NCBI GenBank assembly: GCA_012026655.1
Contig: JAAILG010000387.1
Coordinates: forward strand, 1 to 64,000
Direction: 5' to 3'
Source: Hydrolagus affinis
Taxonomy: Eukaryota
Length of the DNA stretch: 64,000 bases
Positions 1 through 53,078 of this stretch are shown here, piece after piece. Every line of letters begins with the position of its first letter. The stretch's first letter is position 1. The notes beneath the pieces are model-generated. The model ran no database searches. It had not been told where the DNA came from and was given only the letters and a program-made list of their open reading frames with translations. The position numbers were made by a program, and so were the translations under genes.

Positions 1-268
1 GTCTGTGTATGTGGGGTGTGTGTGGGGAGGTGTGTGTGTATGTGGGGTGTGTGTGTGGGGAGGTGTGTATGGGAGGTGTGTGTATATGGGGTGTGTGTGT
101 GTGTGCGCGGAGGTGTATGTGTGTGTGGAGGTGTGTGTGTGGGGAGGTGTGTGTATGTGGGGTGTGTGTGTGGGGAGGTGTGTATGGGAGGTATGCGTAT
201 ATGGGGTGGGTGTGTGTATATGGTGTGGGTGTGTGTATGTGGGGTGGGTGTGTTTGCGGAGGTGGGTG
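1..268. repeat. GT-rich compound micro/minisatellite (gtgtgtggggag-like units)
   Basis: Directly visible (GT)n interspersed with GGGG runs; source of the C/V/G-rich ORFs. Confidence 0.95.
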
Positions 269-569
269 AAGCCTGGGATTCTAAGGTCTCAGTCTGGGCT
301 GTTAGAAAATAAAACAAATCAAATTTTTTTTTGCTCTATTTATTACGTGTTATTATTACACTCTGTCCTCTCTGTCTCTCTCACTCAATGCGGCTGTAAG
401 TCAGTTGTGTTGTGGTTGTACAATGGTTGTGTTTGCGTAGATGTTAATTTGCTTGGCAATATTAAATATTAAACGACACAATTTTTGTTGTTTGCAGATC
501 TCAACAAGCCGTTGGCTTTAGAGGTGTCGTTTTTGCCGTTGACCTCGAGTCGTGACCAGTCTCTGAATC

Positions 570-40018
<39,449 letters not shown>

Positions 40019-40137
40019 CCAGACTAAATGGGTACTTGATTTGTAACTCAAACATGTACATTCACCAGCTGAGCAGATTCTTGATCTGATATTAAGTTAC
40101 TGAGCAACTGAATTTTACAGACCGTGTTACATTGTCA

Positions 40138-40143
40138 AATAAA
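40138..40143 (+). terminator. Candidate ZBBX polyadenylation signal AATAAA (second copy at 40222-40227)
   Basis: AATAAA 120 nt after the stop codon; the region is AT-rich, so usage is unproven. Confidence 0.5.
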
Positions 40144-43100
40144 AAAAAATTAAAATTAAAAGATAATTTGATTTCTTCGCTTCAATGTGAATCAATCATG
40201 GGTAAACTGCCCTTGAACCGTAATAAAATTCCGGTGTTTAAGAATGTTTAGTAAAGTTGCACTTTTGGGATAATAAGCAACACAGATTTTTAAAATAAGA
40301 GCATTATTTGGGAGCTTATGGGGAAAACACACATCGATTTCTAAATCTGAAATCATGAAGCATTGATTTGTTGGAGCTGCTGTTTCAATATATTACCAGC
40401 GTATGAATTCCATTTTTAAAAAATAGTTAAATTTGTCTTTTCAAAATTTCAGTTTTTGTTTCAAATTCTATTTTTATACTGCAACCTTACTGAATCTTTA
40501 CAAAAAAATCTCATTTATTTCCTATCATAGTCTGCAAGTTCCAATGCTTCTTAACTGTAAAACTCTAGTCCCTCATCCCGTTTGAAATTCATGTGTTTCT
40601 GATCCATGTTTAACTCTGTGCTGCAATGACCCCTCTTTTAGTAGTTGATTATCACTTTCCAATTGCTCTTTTTTTTTCTTGAAATTGTTTCTTGTGCTGT
40701 ACAGCTGTAGTACTGCTCCATAATTGTACTACCGCTGCATGGTTTAATACAGCTTTTATGTTGGCATCGTTGTTTGCACTTTCTTTGGCAGTAATTCACC
40801 ATCAAGATTACAGTATAAAACGGACACAGCGGAAATCTGTGCCTTCACCTCACTTTCGCTGCCTCCCTTGACTTTCCTCTTGGACCATGCCTATGGCTAT
40901 TTTCTCACCCCTCTCGATTCAAACCCCCAGGTCAGGTACAAACCTTTGACTGTCCAGCACCTTGGGATATCCCTCCAACGTGATCAGGTGATGGAATGAA
41001 CATTTTATGATGTAATTCAGCAGTAGTGTTATAACTGTATTCATGCTATGACTTAAGACAGATATTTACAATATCATCGATCATAACAATCTGCAGGTTT
41101 GCTTGTTTTTTTTAGGATATAAAACTATCTCTGATATTTTGTACCAAATCTAAAAATAAATGCATGTTATTTGAGAATGAAATAATCCGGATAAGTGAAA
41201 TGCCTTTTCTTTGGTTTTGCACCTTTAATTAACCTTGGTTACGAAGACATATAAAAGCAATTGCATTAATAATTAAAGTTCAAATTTGAACTTCACTGAA
41301 TTTTGGTTAATACAAAATCTTCTGTTGTGAAATGGTTTGTAAATTCAGTTTTAAAGGTTGCTTTTTGACAACTGCTTCTTTGCTGAACTGTTAATAAACA
41401 CTAGAAGTACATTAAGCTCACAAAATACACAGCCAATTCACTTTACAGTATATTGTGTGAAGTGCTGTGTCCAGAATGGTAGTATAGATTTCACGTCACA
41501 TACATTTTGAGATTGATGTTTCCCTGATGTTTGACAATTTGATCTTTTTTTTCAGAGAGAAGTTACTGTTTTGAGGAATAATATCAAAATTTAATTCCGG
41601 ATGAATACCCAAATGCTTGTTAAATAAGTACAGAGGCGAATAGCTAGCTAACATTGATTGATATAAGTAGCGTTTGGGTTTTTAATGTGGGAGAATTGCT
41701 GCTGTGCATTAATATTTAAAGCCTGGTAACTGGTGTAGGTACATTCAATAAACTTAATCATTATGCCATGGTTTTGAACTTGGCTTATTAATGCAGCGAT
41801 TCCTTCCAAACGTGTGATATGAATTACATGGATGTGATGATGCGGCTTGTATTTAGATAGTAATTAAAACCAAAAGTGCAAGAAAGGTTTCCTTACGAAC
41901 TTCTTCTGGTGTCAACTGGAGCTAATGAGAGGTCAAATTTGTCTCGTTCGCTGGCATTTTGATTAATAATCAGCTTGCTGTTGAACATAGATTAGCCAGT
42001 GTGTAAAATGGCCGTGTGATAAATTATTAAGTATTACCCCAATTAGTTGAAAACCCATGGAGCTGAGAAAAGACTAGGAAACAGCCTGAAGACCTCTCAC
42101 AAAAGTTTGCCCAGCACATGACAGCGTCCAATTCAAGGACCCTACTGCTTTTAATTATATCGAATACCAACACTCCGTCTGTGCCGAGGAGACCACAAGC
42201 TTTCGTTTTGCTCGTATTCTAAACAGAAAATAACTTTTTAGGAATATTTCTTTCTCAGCTTTCAATTATACGAGTTTTTTTTCAGAGGAAGGGTAACGTG
42301 GATGGAGGGGGTGTGGAGAAACTTATTTTCGAGCAGGAAAAAGCCTTCAATTCACGTACAAACTCCCCCCAAATGGCAGATTACACCTACTCTTCCCTTA
42401 AGCAAAATTTGAAGCATTTGATGTAGGTGGAAAGTGGGAAACAGCTGCAAAGGCATTCCTTTTTCTCACATGAATTGTAAACGTCACAAAGGCAGAGTTT
42501 CACCATCTTCCTCACAGCATATTCCGGTTGCTTCTGAAAGTGCAAAAGAGGAACCACATTCTATTCATTTACACAACATTAAAATCTGCTTTCAAACGCT
42601 CATAAAGCTGAAATTGTGCAAAGAACCTTATCAATGATATTGGTATACACAAGTGAGTAGACGTATAAACAAAGCATCTTCAATTCAGTCCATCTGGGCA
42701 AACAGCTAAAGATTCTGTGATCAATCTGGGAGCCTGTAACAAAATTGATATCTAAGTTGAACAGCCAGGTATCTTGGTCTCGAACGCTCCGAAATCGAGT
42801 TGTGAATGAAAATTTATCCTTGTAGAAAAGAAATGAATTTCAACTTGACTATCTTCAATACATACGGTACAATGATATCCGGATGGATTACCACTATAAT
42901 ACTTTGTGCACTTTGATTTTTCTTTCACTCTATTACACTAGGCGTGCTGAAACCTCAAGGTCATTTCTTGGTTAACTAACGGTGATTGACATGTATGTAC
43001 TGCAAACCAGGGAAGAATGAGCCTGAACACCACATTCCTGAGTCATCAACTGGGAACAAAGAGATCAATCTCATGCTCGTCTGCTGAAGTGAAACCTGAA

Positions 43101-44010
43101 TGAGGGTGCGTTATTACAATTTATACTACAACAAGCTTGTAATGTGATGAATCATTGTGAGCGAAATGCAAACGATAAATACAGGCAAGGTGTCCAATTA
43201 GATTTGTAATTATGTTTTTCATGGGACGTACAGTTAGTTTGCAGACAATTGCTGCAAATCCAGTCGTTCTCAGAATCTTCCTATCCATATCATCCCAGTC
43301 GATTAAAGCTACTTAGAGATTGCTGACACATCCCTCAAGATTCTGATGTTTTTTTCTCTCTCTGGATGTAGTGTGTAAACTATTTCTAACCTGTGACATC
43401 AGAGAAACTTCAAAGGGTAAGAATGAGCATGGCAAAAATATTAAGATGCTCGAAACTTCAGGGAAACATAAAAGGCTTTTCATTTACTAGCCTGAGGATG
43501 TTGAGATCAATTGCACCTTAGTGTTTCCTCAGCTTAATTCAACTAACACATCTCAGCACAAACATTAAACATGAGACTTTCCTGCTTGGTGACAGTCAAT
43601 GCCATTTAAGGCATTATCATGATGTTGGACTCTACTGATTTCCAGCAGTGTGTGAGACACAACCTGACATGGAACATCTTTAATCCTCCCTCATAATGAT
43701 CGGAAGATACGTATCTTTCTGAAAAGAATACTTGCAGTCGGTTGATAAATTAATTGCATTGTTTGCTGGGTATTCTTTCATACTTGGATTTTCATGGCTA
43801 ATAGTTTACTGACTCTTAACAATAACAACAACAACAAGAACTGGCATTTACATAGCATCCTTCACGTAGAGTAGATCTGAGCACTTGGAGTGAGCTGACC
43901 GTAGCTACAGTCAAAGAGTTCTTGCCTTTGTTTGATGAGCTTTGTGAATGCCAAACCGGGTGGGCTGTGATCCGTAGTGATTTGGGCAAGCTGAGTAGGT
44001 ATCCGAGTCT

Positions 44011-44337
44011 GGAGTCCTGTAGCTCAGTGGTTAAAGCGCTCGCCTTACAAACTTGAGACCTGTGTTTCGAATCCAGGCGGTTCAGGGTGAAACCTTGAGC
44101 AAGTTTCTTTACTCCACACACGCGCCTATAATAATAATAATAATCCCTCAAAAACAACCTATAATAAAAATTGATCATTTCAATCCACGACTGTTTGTGT
44201 GGACACTACTGTGCGCGATTGGCTGCTGCGTTTTGTCCACAAATATACAGTCAATTCACTTTGCAGTAGATTCTGTGAAGTGCTTTAAGACGTCTAGAAG
44301 ACGTGAAAAGCGCTATATCAAAATACAAGGATTATTA
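44011..44337 (+). mobile_element. SINE, full length
   Basis: ggagtcctgtagctcagtggtt (A box), gtttcgaatcc (B box), tail aaggattatta. Confidence 0.9.
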
Positions 44338-44649
44338 CCATTCTGGGCAGGCTGTCTACGCTTCCATCCTGGGCAGAGTTGCAAACATTCAGATCTTGTT
44401 TCGTGGAACCAAATTAAAATCTGTCGAAGCAGAAGTCAGAATATTTCTATCGTCAAAATATTTGCTGTCAGAATTCAGCATTCTGAATTGAAATTGACAT
44501 AAATTGACATATATTTTTGAGAGGGGATAGCACTTGTTTTGTTTTTTTGACACATACAGAAACACATCAATGTGCTGAACGATATCCAAACTAAAATGAG
44601 AGTTCTCAGCATCCCAATCACACCTGAGATAGATTGTTGGAATGGAATA

Positions 44650-44689
<40 letters not shown>

Positions 44690-44766
44690 GGAGGGATGTA
44701 TCCTGCTTACCTAATTCCCGGAAAGTATTAAGCACAGGTTGGCAAGAGCCAAGGCTTGGGTTAGTT

Positions 44767-45081
44767 AACCATTAACACCGTTAACCGTTAACACACCGTT
44801 AACCATTAACTAACTGTTAACACATATTCAACCCATCAGTTAACACACTCTTTTTTCCTTTGTTATCTTTGTCTCCTTTGTCTTCCATGTCCTGCCTCTC
44901 CCCCTTTAACATCTTTAAGAAACCTCTCCCTCCAAACAAGTCCCAGTCGTGACGATGGGTTGTAGACTCGAAACGTTGACTCTTTTTCCTTTCTCCATGG
45001 ATGCTGCTTGACCTGCTGAGTTTCCCCAGCAACTTTTGTTTTTGTTTCAGATTCCCAGCATCTGGAGTATTTTGTGTTTTG
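44767..45081 (+). mobile_element. Penelope-type terminal repeat insertion with 11-bp TSD
   Basis: TTGGGTTAGTT at 44756-44766 and 45082-45092; body matches 8050-8185. Confidence 0.75.
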
Positions 45082-45635
45082 TTGGGTTAGTTGAGGTAAC
45101 TGTCGGAGTCTAAAATAGCATAGCTGGCCTTTGATAGCGCTTTGTTAAATAGCTATAACTCGGTTTCTGTAGCTTCTGTGATAGAAAGAATCACCTAGTT
45201 TTACTGCCAGATATCTGAACCCCACACCATCACGTAATCAGGTTTGAAATTGAATATAATATTGCTGGTGCCATGTCCCATTTTAAATGAGTGAGAATTG
45301 ATTTAATGGTTTCAAACCTATTCCTGAAGGTCACCTGGAAATCAAAACCCTGCAATCCAGTGTTTACTTTTCATCTAATTCCACTCAATTTCTTTTGGGG
45401 AGAAAAAAAAAGCGAGATTTTACTGACGGGAAACTGTATCTAACGTTTTTGATGCAAAATCTTTTTCGAGTTAAAAAAACCCCCACGAAGAGCCTTATTT
45501 TGTGCGATGCATTACAAGCTTAGATATTTAAGGCAGCTGCTTCAGTCAGTTCATATCAGACATCAGAAGAAGCATTTGGACCATAAATATCTCCTGCAGC
45601 GGGAAGTTCTTTTCAGCTGCTGTGTGAAGTACCAT

Positions 45636-47248
45636 ATTGGCTGCCGCACTTCGCCCACAAAATACACAGTCATTGCACTTTACAGTATATCTTGTGAAGT
45701 GGTTTGACATGTCTCGTCATGATATGACATGACATGATATGATAAGGCGCTATGTGAAATGAAAGGATTATTATTATTATGTGCATCTGGTCTGCAATTT
45801 GTTAGACAGCCAGAATAAATCAATACGTTAAGAATTCAGTGTTTTAGCTTTATGTTGACGTGCTTTAAAATAAACTTCACTAAACCATCAGTGAGACATG
45901 CTTGATATATAGTGAATAATATTAAACATAGTGTGGAAAGCTGCAATCAATAATAATAATGGAGGCAATACAATAATAATAATCCTTGCATTTGATATAG
46001 CGCTTTTCACGTCTTCTAGACGTCTCAAAGCGCTTCACAGTGTATACTGTAAAATGAATTGACTGTATATTTGTGGGCGAAACGCGGCAGCCAATTGCGC
46101 ACAGCAGTGTCCCCACAAGCAGTCGTGGATTAAACCAAAACCAAGGCATCCGTATTCAACCTCCAATCAATGCATAGATACAATTTTCGCTCACACAATC
46201 TGAATGACGCACATCATGACAGTTTAAACGAGAGGCCCTTCTCACCAACAGATAACATAGACAGACATAAAGCCCTTTCTGTATATCAAAGCAAAGGAAA
46301 CGGCACTGCGGAGAGAAATCTCATTTACATGCTGTTGATGAGATGAAACGCGAGGCTTTTCAATTCTCAAGTGTTGCCACTAAACTTCACGGGGAGAATA
46401 GGATTACCCTGTGTGCTTGTATTAACACTCCTTTGGTGGCAAACCCATGTGAGTAGTGGATGCTTACCCCTGAGCCATACATGTAGCCTTTCTTCATTTT
46501 GTGGTGGTAAATTAACACTTGTAATAAATGAAACCACCCAATGTTAATAAGTTGGAGGAAAATCATGCAAATTGAACAGTTCCGCAATTAGAAAGAGACC
46601 GCACGACATCTATCAGTGACTGTGACAGAGTCTATGGTGGTTTAACTGAGAAAAACTGTTCCACAAAACTAATCTGACTCAAGCCTCTCTTTAAAGGAAA
46701 AGTAATTCTGTCAAACAAATTACCAGTAGCAACTTGGCTCCAAATTATTAGATCCAAACATAGTCCGAAACTTGAATTAAGTGACTATGTAAATAATGTT
46801 GCTGAGGCACAAATCCCCCCCTCCTCCCTCACAAATAGCCCCCAAAGGGATGGTTTCATTTAAGACTAATTGCATAACAACCTCTCTCTCAAGAAAATGC
46901 TGTCCGCAGCGAATAGATTTTACCGCCACTTTTAACTGCATTGCTTGACTCCTATATTTTACATGAATAAATGAAATACTGTAGTCCTTTAATCAGGTAA
47001 ACAATATACTGTAAAGTGAATTGACTGTATATTTGTGGGCAAACACAGCAGCCAATTGCCCGCAACAGCGTCCCCATAAACAGTTGTGGATTGAATTGAC
47101 CAATTTATTATTGTTTTTGTTTGAGAGATTATTATTAGGTGTGTGGAGTAAGGAAACTTGCCCAAGGTTTCACCCTGGCCTGACTGGATTCGAACCCAGG
47201 TTTCTCGCTTGTAAGGCGAGTGCTCTAACCACTGAGCTACAGGACTCC
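45636..47248. mobile_element. SINE fragments: 45636-45780(+), 45971-46132(-), 47003-47248(-)
   Basis: Direct matches to the family consensus seen elsewhere in the window. Confidence 0.82.
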
Positions 47249-47889
47249 AATGCCTTGAATACTATAAAAGATAATCTAAGAACCTAGTTTTGAATTAATT
47301 ATTATACCAGTGCACTCCAGATTAAGAACTGTTATGCACATTTCTCTGATCCCATTTTGTAGAATTATCTTTTTTTGAAATAAAATGTGCCAGAATATTT
47401 ATTTTTTTCGGGTGTTACATATCTGTTGTGTATCAAAAGCAGGTCCCGGCCTTCCGTTCCTCTTAGGGGGTTAACTGGTTTCACGTGAATTCATCACCGC
47501 GTAATGTCATTGGCTCCAGTGACCTTCAAATAGAATATGCCGATGCTGCAAAATCAATTCACGCCAAGGTATTGAGGCAACAAATCCCAGTCCTGCTGCC
47601 TAGCAGGAACTGTGCTTGCTTTTCTGCAGTGTTAATTTTCATCCCAGCATGTCCAGGTTTCATTCGCTTGTTTTCACTCAATTAGAAGATGTTACTTCAC
47701 CCTCACCCAGCCCTCACCCCAAAATACACCCCTCTCCCCGCTCCCCCCCCCCCCCCCCACCGCAGCAAATTCATTTTGGGATAAATAAAAGCGAATTAAT
47801 TCCCTATATAATAATAATAATCTTGGAATTTACGTATCCCCAAAGGACTAAATATAGCAATATTTAACATCGGACCTAAAACATTTAAA

Positions 47890-47989
47890 NNNNNNNNNNN
47901 NNNNNNNNNNNNNNNNNNNNNNNNNNNNNNNNNNNNNNNNNNNNNNNNNNNNNNNNNNNNNNNNNNNNNNNNNNNNNNNNNNNNNNNNN
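47890..47989. other. Assembly gap (100 N)
   Basis: Run of exactly 100 N, typical placeholder for unknown size; flanked by C-rich and G-rich tracts. Confidence 0.99.
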
Positions 47990-48290
47990 TGTATCTATAC
48001 AGCGCCCTACACATGGGGTAGTGAACTGGAGTGCTTGACATTGATGAAGTCTGACGCTGAGCCAGGTGGGAGGGGGGAGGGAGGAAGGGGGGAAGGGGGG
48101 AAGGGAGGGAGGGATGGAGGGAGGGGGGAAGGCGACCGCAAGCCAAAACAAAGGTCTTTAGGTGGGATTTGAAGGTGGGGAGGGAGGGAGATGGAGGTGG
48201 GGGGCAAGATGGATGGATTGAGGGAGAGAGTTTTGGGGCAGAGTGAATTAAGGCACGGCCACCGATGGTGGAGCGGAGGAGACGAGGGAC
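47990..48290 (-). mobile_element. L2-like 3' end with polypurine (GGGA-rich) tract
   Basis: Minus strand ctccaccatcggtggccgtgcctt...ccttcaaatcccacctaaagacc...gggcgctgtatagatac. Confidence 0.6.
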
Positions 48291-48531
48291 AAACAGAGCT
48301 GTTCTCCTTGTGATAGAAAAGTGCCTTTGGGTTTGAGAGCCTCAGTGGGTTAGTGTAATGCCTGATCAGCACAGGGAGCTCTGCTTTAATTATGGACAGA
48401 GTGATGGAATGAAAATTTCTTCTCTATGCAAGATATGTGACCCTGTGTACGTATGAATGAACATGTTTGGCCCTGATTCACCCCAGTGTGTGTAGTGGGA
48501 ATGGAAATCTCACTTAAAGGGGTTGTGACAG

Positions 48532-48852
48532 TAATAATAATAATCCTTGCATTTTGATATAGCGTTTTCCACATCTTATCGACGTCTCAAAGTGCTTCAC
48601 AGAATATACTGTAAAGTGATTTGACTGTACATTTGTGGGCGAAACATGTCATCCAATTGCGCACAGCGCCGTCCTACAAACAGTCGTGAATGGAAAATGA
48701 CCAATTTTTATTATTTTTTTGGGGGGCGGATTATTATTAGGCGTGTTGGAGTAAGGAAACTTGTCCAAGGTTTCGCCCTGACCTGCCTGGATTTGAACAC
48801 AGGTCTCACGCTTATAAGGCGAGTGCTCTAACCACTGAGCTACAGGAGCTCC
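48532..48852 (-). mobile_element. SINE, full length
   Basis: Complete head and tail. Confidence 0.9.
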
Positions 48853-49685
48853 AATGACCGAAGTGCAATGGAAGATGCTCTTTTGGGATTGTTTAGCAAC
48901 CTATAATGCTAACTCTAACCCCAGGGACACCGGGTTAAACAAGGAGGGAAAGAACTCTGAATTTCACAGGGCTGCCATCACCTCGTCGCACACGTAAAAT
49001 ATTATTCTAAAAATTATAACATCACGGTGCTGGTGTGCTGGCCAACCATCCAGACAAAGCCAGTCAGGGGAGTGTGTTATAGTTGGTTAATTATAATCTC
49101 TCTTTAACAGTCATCAGCCTTCAACACGTGAGGTGTTTAAAACCTTGTGTCAGTAGGTTTTCAAATTGATGAATCAAGGAGGGCAGACCTTCCTCGAAAG
49201 ATTTGCAGCGAATCTTTGCGCAAAAAAAACCCCTCACTGCAGTCATTTGTCAAGAATTTCTACAGTGCATCAGGCAGAGTTGGGACACATCGCATTGATC
49301 AGTCTGATTACCACTATTTAAAAAAAATTATGTAATATATAGTGATAATAAGAGGAGTTAGGAGATCTTAATCTTATTCATGTTGTACAATATTTTTCAA
49401 ACCAAACTTTTTTTAAAAAAATCACACTCGTTTCTCTGCTTGAACGTTGCAGATTTCTGGTAAAGTGTTCCATGTCGATGGTTGCATTCATCACTGATGT
49501 GCACAGCATTTAAATTTACAGGCCTGTGCCTCTAGGTGTATCTCTAGGTGTATCTCAAATCAGTATCTCAAATCAGTCTTGTTGTTTGTTGTATTGCATC
49601 GCTGTCCTCACTGTCAATTCAACGTTACAGCATCTCGAGGGTGTCTCAAGTACTGTACATTAAAACGAACTTCACCGTACATCGT

Positions 49686-49978
49686 GGAGTCCCGTAGCTC
49701 AGTGGTTAGAGCACTCGCCTTAGAAGCATGAGACATGTGTTCAAATCCAGGCAGGTCAGGGCGAAACCTTGTCCAAGTTTCCTTACTCCACACACCTAAT
49801 AATAATCTCTCCAAAAACAAATTGGTCATTTTCATTCAATGACTGTTTGTGGGACGCTGCTGTGCGCAATTGGCTGCCGTGTTTCGCCCACAAATATAGT
49901 CAATTCACTCGACAGTATATTCCGTGAAGCACTTTGAGATGTCTAGAAGATGTAAAGATCAAATGCAAGGATTATTAT
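49686..49978 (+). mobile_element. SINE, full length
   Basis: ggagtcccgtagctcagtggttagagc through gcaaggattattat. Confidence 0.9.
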
Positions 49979-51584
49979 GTTTTTATATATACTGAGGCCA
50001 CGTGAATCGAGTTTCCCTTGACAATGTCTCCTTGGAACAAACAGGCCTCGCTGGCTCAGCCTTGATTTACACTGCAAGTTTTATGGCAAATCATCAGTCA
50101 CGTTCAGCATGAAATACCCAGTTTAAATACAGTGTTAGACACTGGTCTTTGCTCCCTCTCTGCGGAGAAGTGTTTCATACTCAGCCACTGAACCAATGCC
50201 CTAAACAGGATTAGGAAATCCATGCATGGGTGATTGCAAGTGGTTTAGCATCCACAAGCTGCCTGTTTACAGAAGAGAACTATCATAGATCTTGAAGTCT
50301 ACAAAGGAAAGCCTTCAACCCCTGTTATTTTTGATTGAATTCAAAATTAATAATTTTTTTTAAAAAAGTCGCTTTGTTAATAATAATACTGTGCCAATAT
50401 TTTTAAATCTCATTTTGGGGATTAAAGCAAAAACACGCAGAGCTATGGAGTATTTCAATCAGTCTTGCCATTGCCTGTTTTAATTTAATCTATTTATCCT
50501 GACCCAACGTGTTTAAGAGAAGATTCTGTCTTTATAATCCCCAATTACACTTTCCATAACCCTTCACCGAGTTTCACAGATCATCTGACCCCATTGTTAA
50601 AGCGTTAGCCAAAGAAGATATTCAATGACTTCAGTGAAAGAGAATTATTCAACGCAGATGACCCTTAAATCTACTAGAATCCCAACAAGAGTTCATGGAT
50701 GTGGCATTAAAAAATAATGACAATCAATACTTCAATTTACCTTCTAAGAAGCAACAGATGTTTAAAAAACATATATTTCTTTAAAGAATCAATAATGGTG
50801 CATCTATAAAATACACGCTCAATTCACTTCACAGAATATCCTGTGAAGCGCTTTGAGGTGTCTCAACGACCTGATCAGAGTTGCTAGATCAAATGTGCCC
50901 TCGCCACGAAGGTGGGCAAGTGAAATTCACAGTTCTGAGTGAGTGTCTTTCATTTTGAGCTCAGTCTGTTCAGTGCAGTCGCTATCTTGTCGTTGTCTTA
51001 ACATCAGTTGTCCGTGTTGCCTAGTCAATGTCACAGCATTCCAACACAGCGGTGTGCACTGTGTGTTTACTGCTGATTAGTGGGTGCATTGGGTGGTGTG
51101 CGGAATGGCTGGTGAGAGCCAGATTCATGTGCTTTCCGAGGCTTTGTCAGAATAATTCTGATGTTCTGCGGTGATATATTGGACGGCAGCTGCATCCTCC
51201 TGGCACCTCAGTGATTGTGCCACTGTGGTCATGCGGAGAAAAGGAAAGCAAACTATTTTTCTACTTCTCTGCACCTGTCCATTTGGGTTTAAGAATTCCC
51301 TGCTGATATTTGCGCTGCTATGTTTCTTTTTAATGGTTTTTTTTCTTCCCCTTCTTGCAGTGGAAGGGAGATGGGTAAGACTCACTCAGGAAGCAACTAC
51401 TTGCAGTAACTAGACAGCGTCAGTGAGAAATGAAATGGTTGCTTTCCTCCTGGTGGTAAATGTATTGAATTTTGTGCTCTGCACTTATAATGGAAGAATC
51501 GGCCAGATTTGTAGCCTACTGTACTGCACATACACAATGCGAATCTAAACCTAAAGCAATCTGAATTAAACCATATATACCATA

Positions 51585-51735
51585 TGAGGTAGACATTTAT
51601 TTGGGGAGGATGGGTTTGTGAGGTTATGGAGAGAAAGCTGGGGAGTGAGATTAAATTGCTCTTTTTAAAGAGTCGGCACAGACTCGATGGGCCAAATGGC
51701 CTCCTTTTGTGCCATAAGATTCTATGATTCTATGA
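51585..51735 (+). mobile_element. CR1 LINE 3' end with (ATTCTATG)n tail
   Basis: ggcacagactcgatgggccaaatggcctccttttgtgccataagattctatgattctatga; the 8-bp terminal repeat is characteristic of CR1. Confidence 0.85.
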
Positions 51736-51829
51736 TACCCCATTCAAAAATTAATCTGAAGTAACCCGATATCAGGGAATTTGTGATTCTAGGTTCAGTT
51801 CAGTTTAGACCTACGCTTAACTTAGTTGT

Positions 51830-53078
51830 GGAGTCCTGTAGCTCAATGGTTAGAGCACTCGCCTTACAAGCATGAGACCTGTGTTCGAATCCAGGCAGGT
51901 CAGGGCGAAACCTTGGGCAAGTTTCCTTACTCCACGCTCCTAATAATAATCCCTTAAAAAAAATTATAAAATCGGTCATTTCAATCCACGACTGTTTGGG
52001 GGGATGCTGCTGTGCGCAATTGGCTGCCACATTTCCCCCACATGTATACAATCAATTCACTTTACAGTATATTCTGTGAAGTGATTTGAGACATCCAGAA
52101 GATGTGAAAAGCGCGATAACAAATGCAAGGATTATTATTATATTATTATTAACTACAGCAAAATATTTGGCATTTAGAGAAGACACAGCAGGATTCAAAG
52201 GTACTTTTCTAACTTTACTCTCCAAAATTCGACAAGAAATAGCTAATTAACAGGGTAAAAAAAACTGCAAGTGGCTGACCGGGTCTAGTTTATAATCATC
52301 CATCCGTACAACTTTGGCAGCAAAAGAAAGCCAATTGTAAAAAGGTTTCCGTTCAGCCTCCACACACATAAAGTTTGTGTTTGACTGCCAATTTCTGGTA
52401 GCACAATGAAGAGATCAATAGGGTTGGTTGAAAAGCTGCTGTCATTTCTATAGTGATAATATGGTTTTACAATGATTAATGTGCTCATGTTTTTATGGTG
52501 TTCAGGCCAGCAGTTGTTACCTGCCTCGTAACGCATGGCTGTTGACTCTAGATTGCAAATCAGTTGCTTTGCTCTTTTGATATCTGATGTACTTATTGTG
52601 ATAAGTGTTGTGTCTTAGACTTAAATACCTGATACAGTGATTAATGTCTTTGCAATAAACTGGCTCCAGGTATACAGAGCAGCCTTTATTGAATTAAAGT
52701 ACCAAAAGCGGTGGGCACACTTTTTGTTTTACTTAGGAGCACAAATGTTCTTTCGATAATAATAATAATCCTCGCATTTTGATTGAACGCTTTTCACGTC
52801 TTCCAGATGTCTCAAAGTGCTTCACAGAATATACTGTAAAGTGAATTGACTGTATATTTGTGGGCAAAACACGGCAGTCAATTGCGCACAGCAGTGTCCC
52901 CACAAACAGTCCTGGAATGAAACGAGCAATTTGTATTATAGGTTTTCTTTTGGAGGGATTGTTATTAGGATTGTGGAGTACGGAAACTTGCCCAAGGTTT
53001 CGCCCTGACCTGCCTGGATTCGAAACACAGATTTCACGCTTGCAAGGGGAGTGCTCTAACCACTGAGCTACAGGACTC
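51830..53078. mobile_element. Inverted pair of full-length SINEs: 51830-52150(+) and 52755-53078(-)
   Basis: Both have complete heads and tails. Confidence 0.9.

Noticed and set aside
5-472. Cys/Val/Gly-rich ORFs in three frames
   Set aside because: Translations of the GT-rich simple repeat.
44053-44502. Recurrent ORFs containing [18 protein letters not shown] or WSKETCPRF (also 727, 52733, 55963, 61116 and others)
   Set aside because: All are translations of the same non-coding SINE, not a protein family.
51830-51905. tRNA-Ala/Val-like genes at SINE heads
   Set aside because: Always fused to the SINE body and tail, with variable anticodons and imperfect stems; SINE heads, not tRNA genes.
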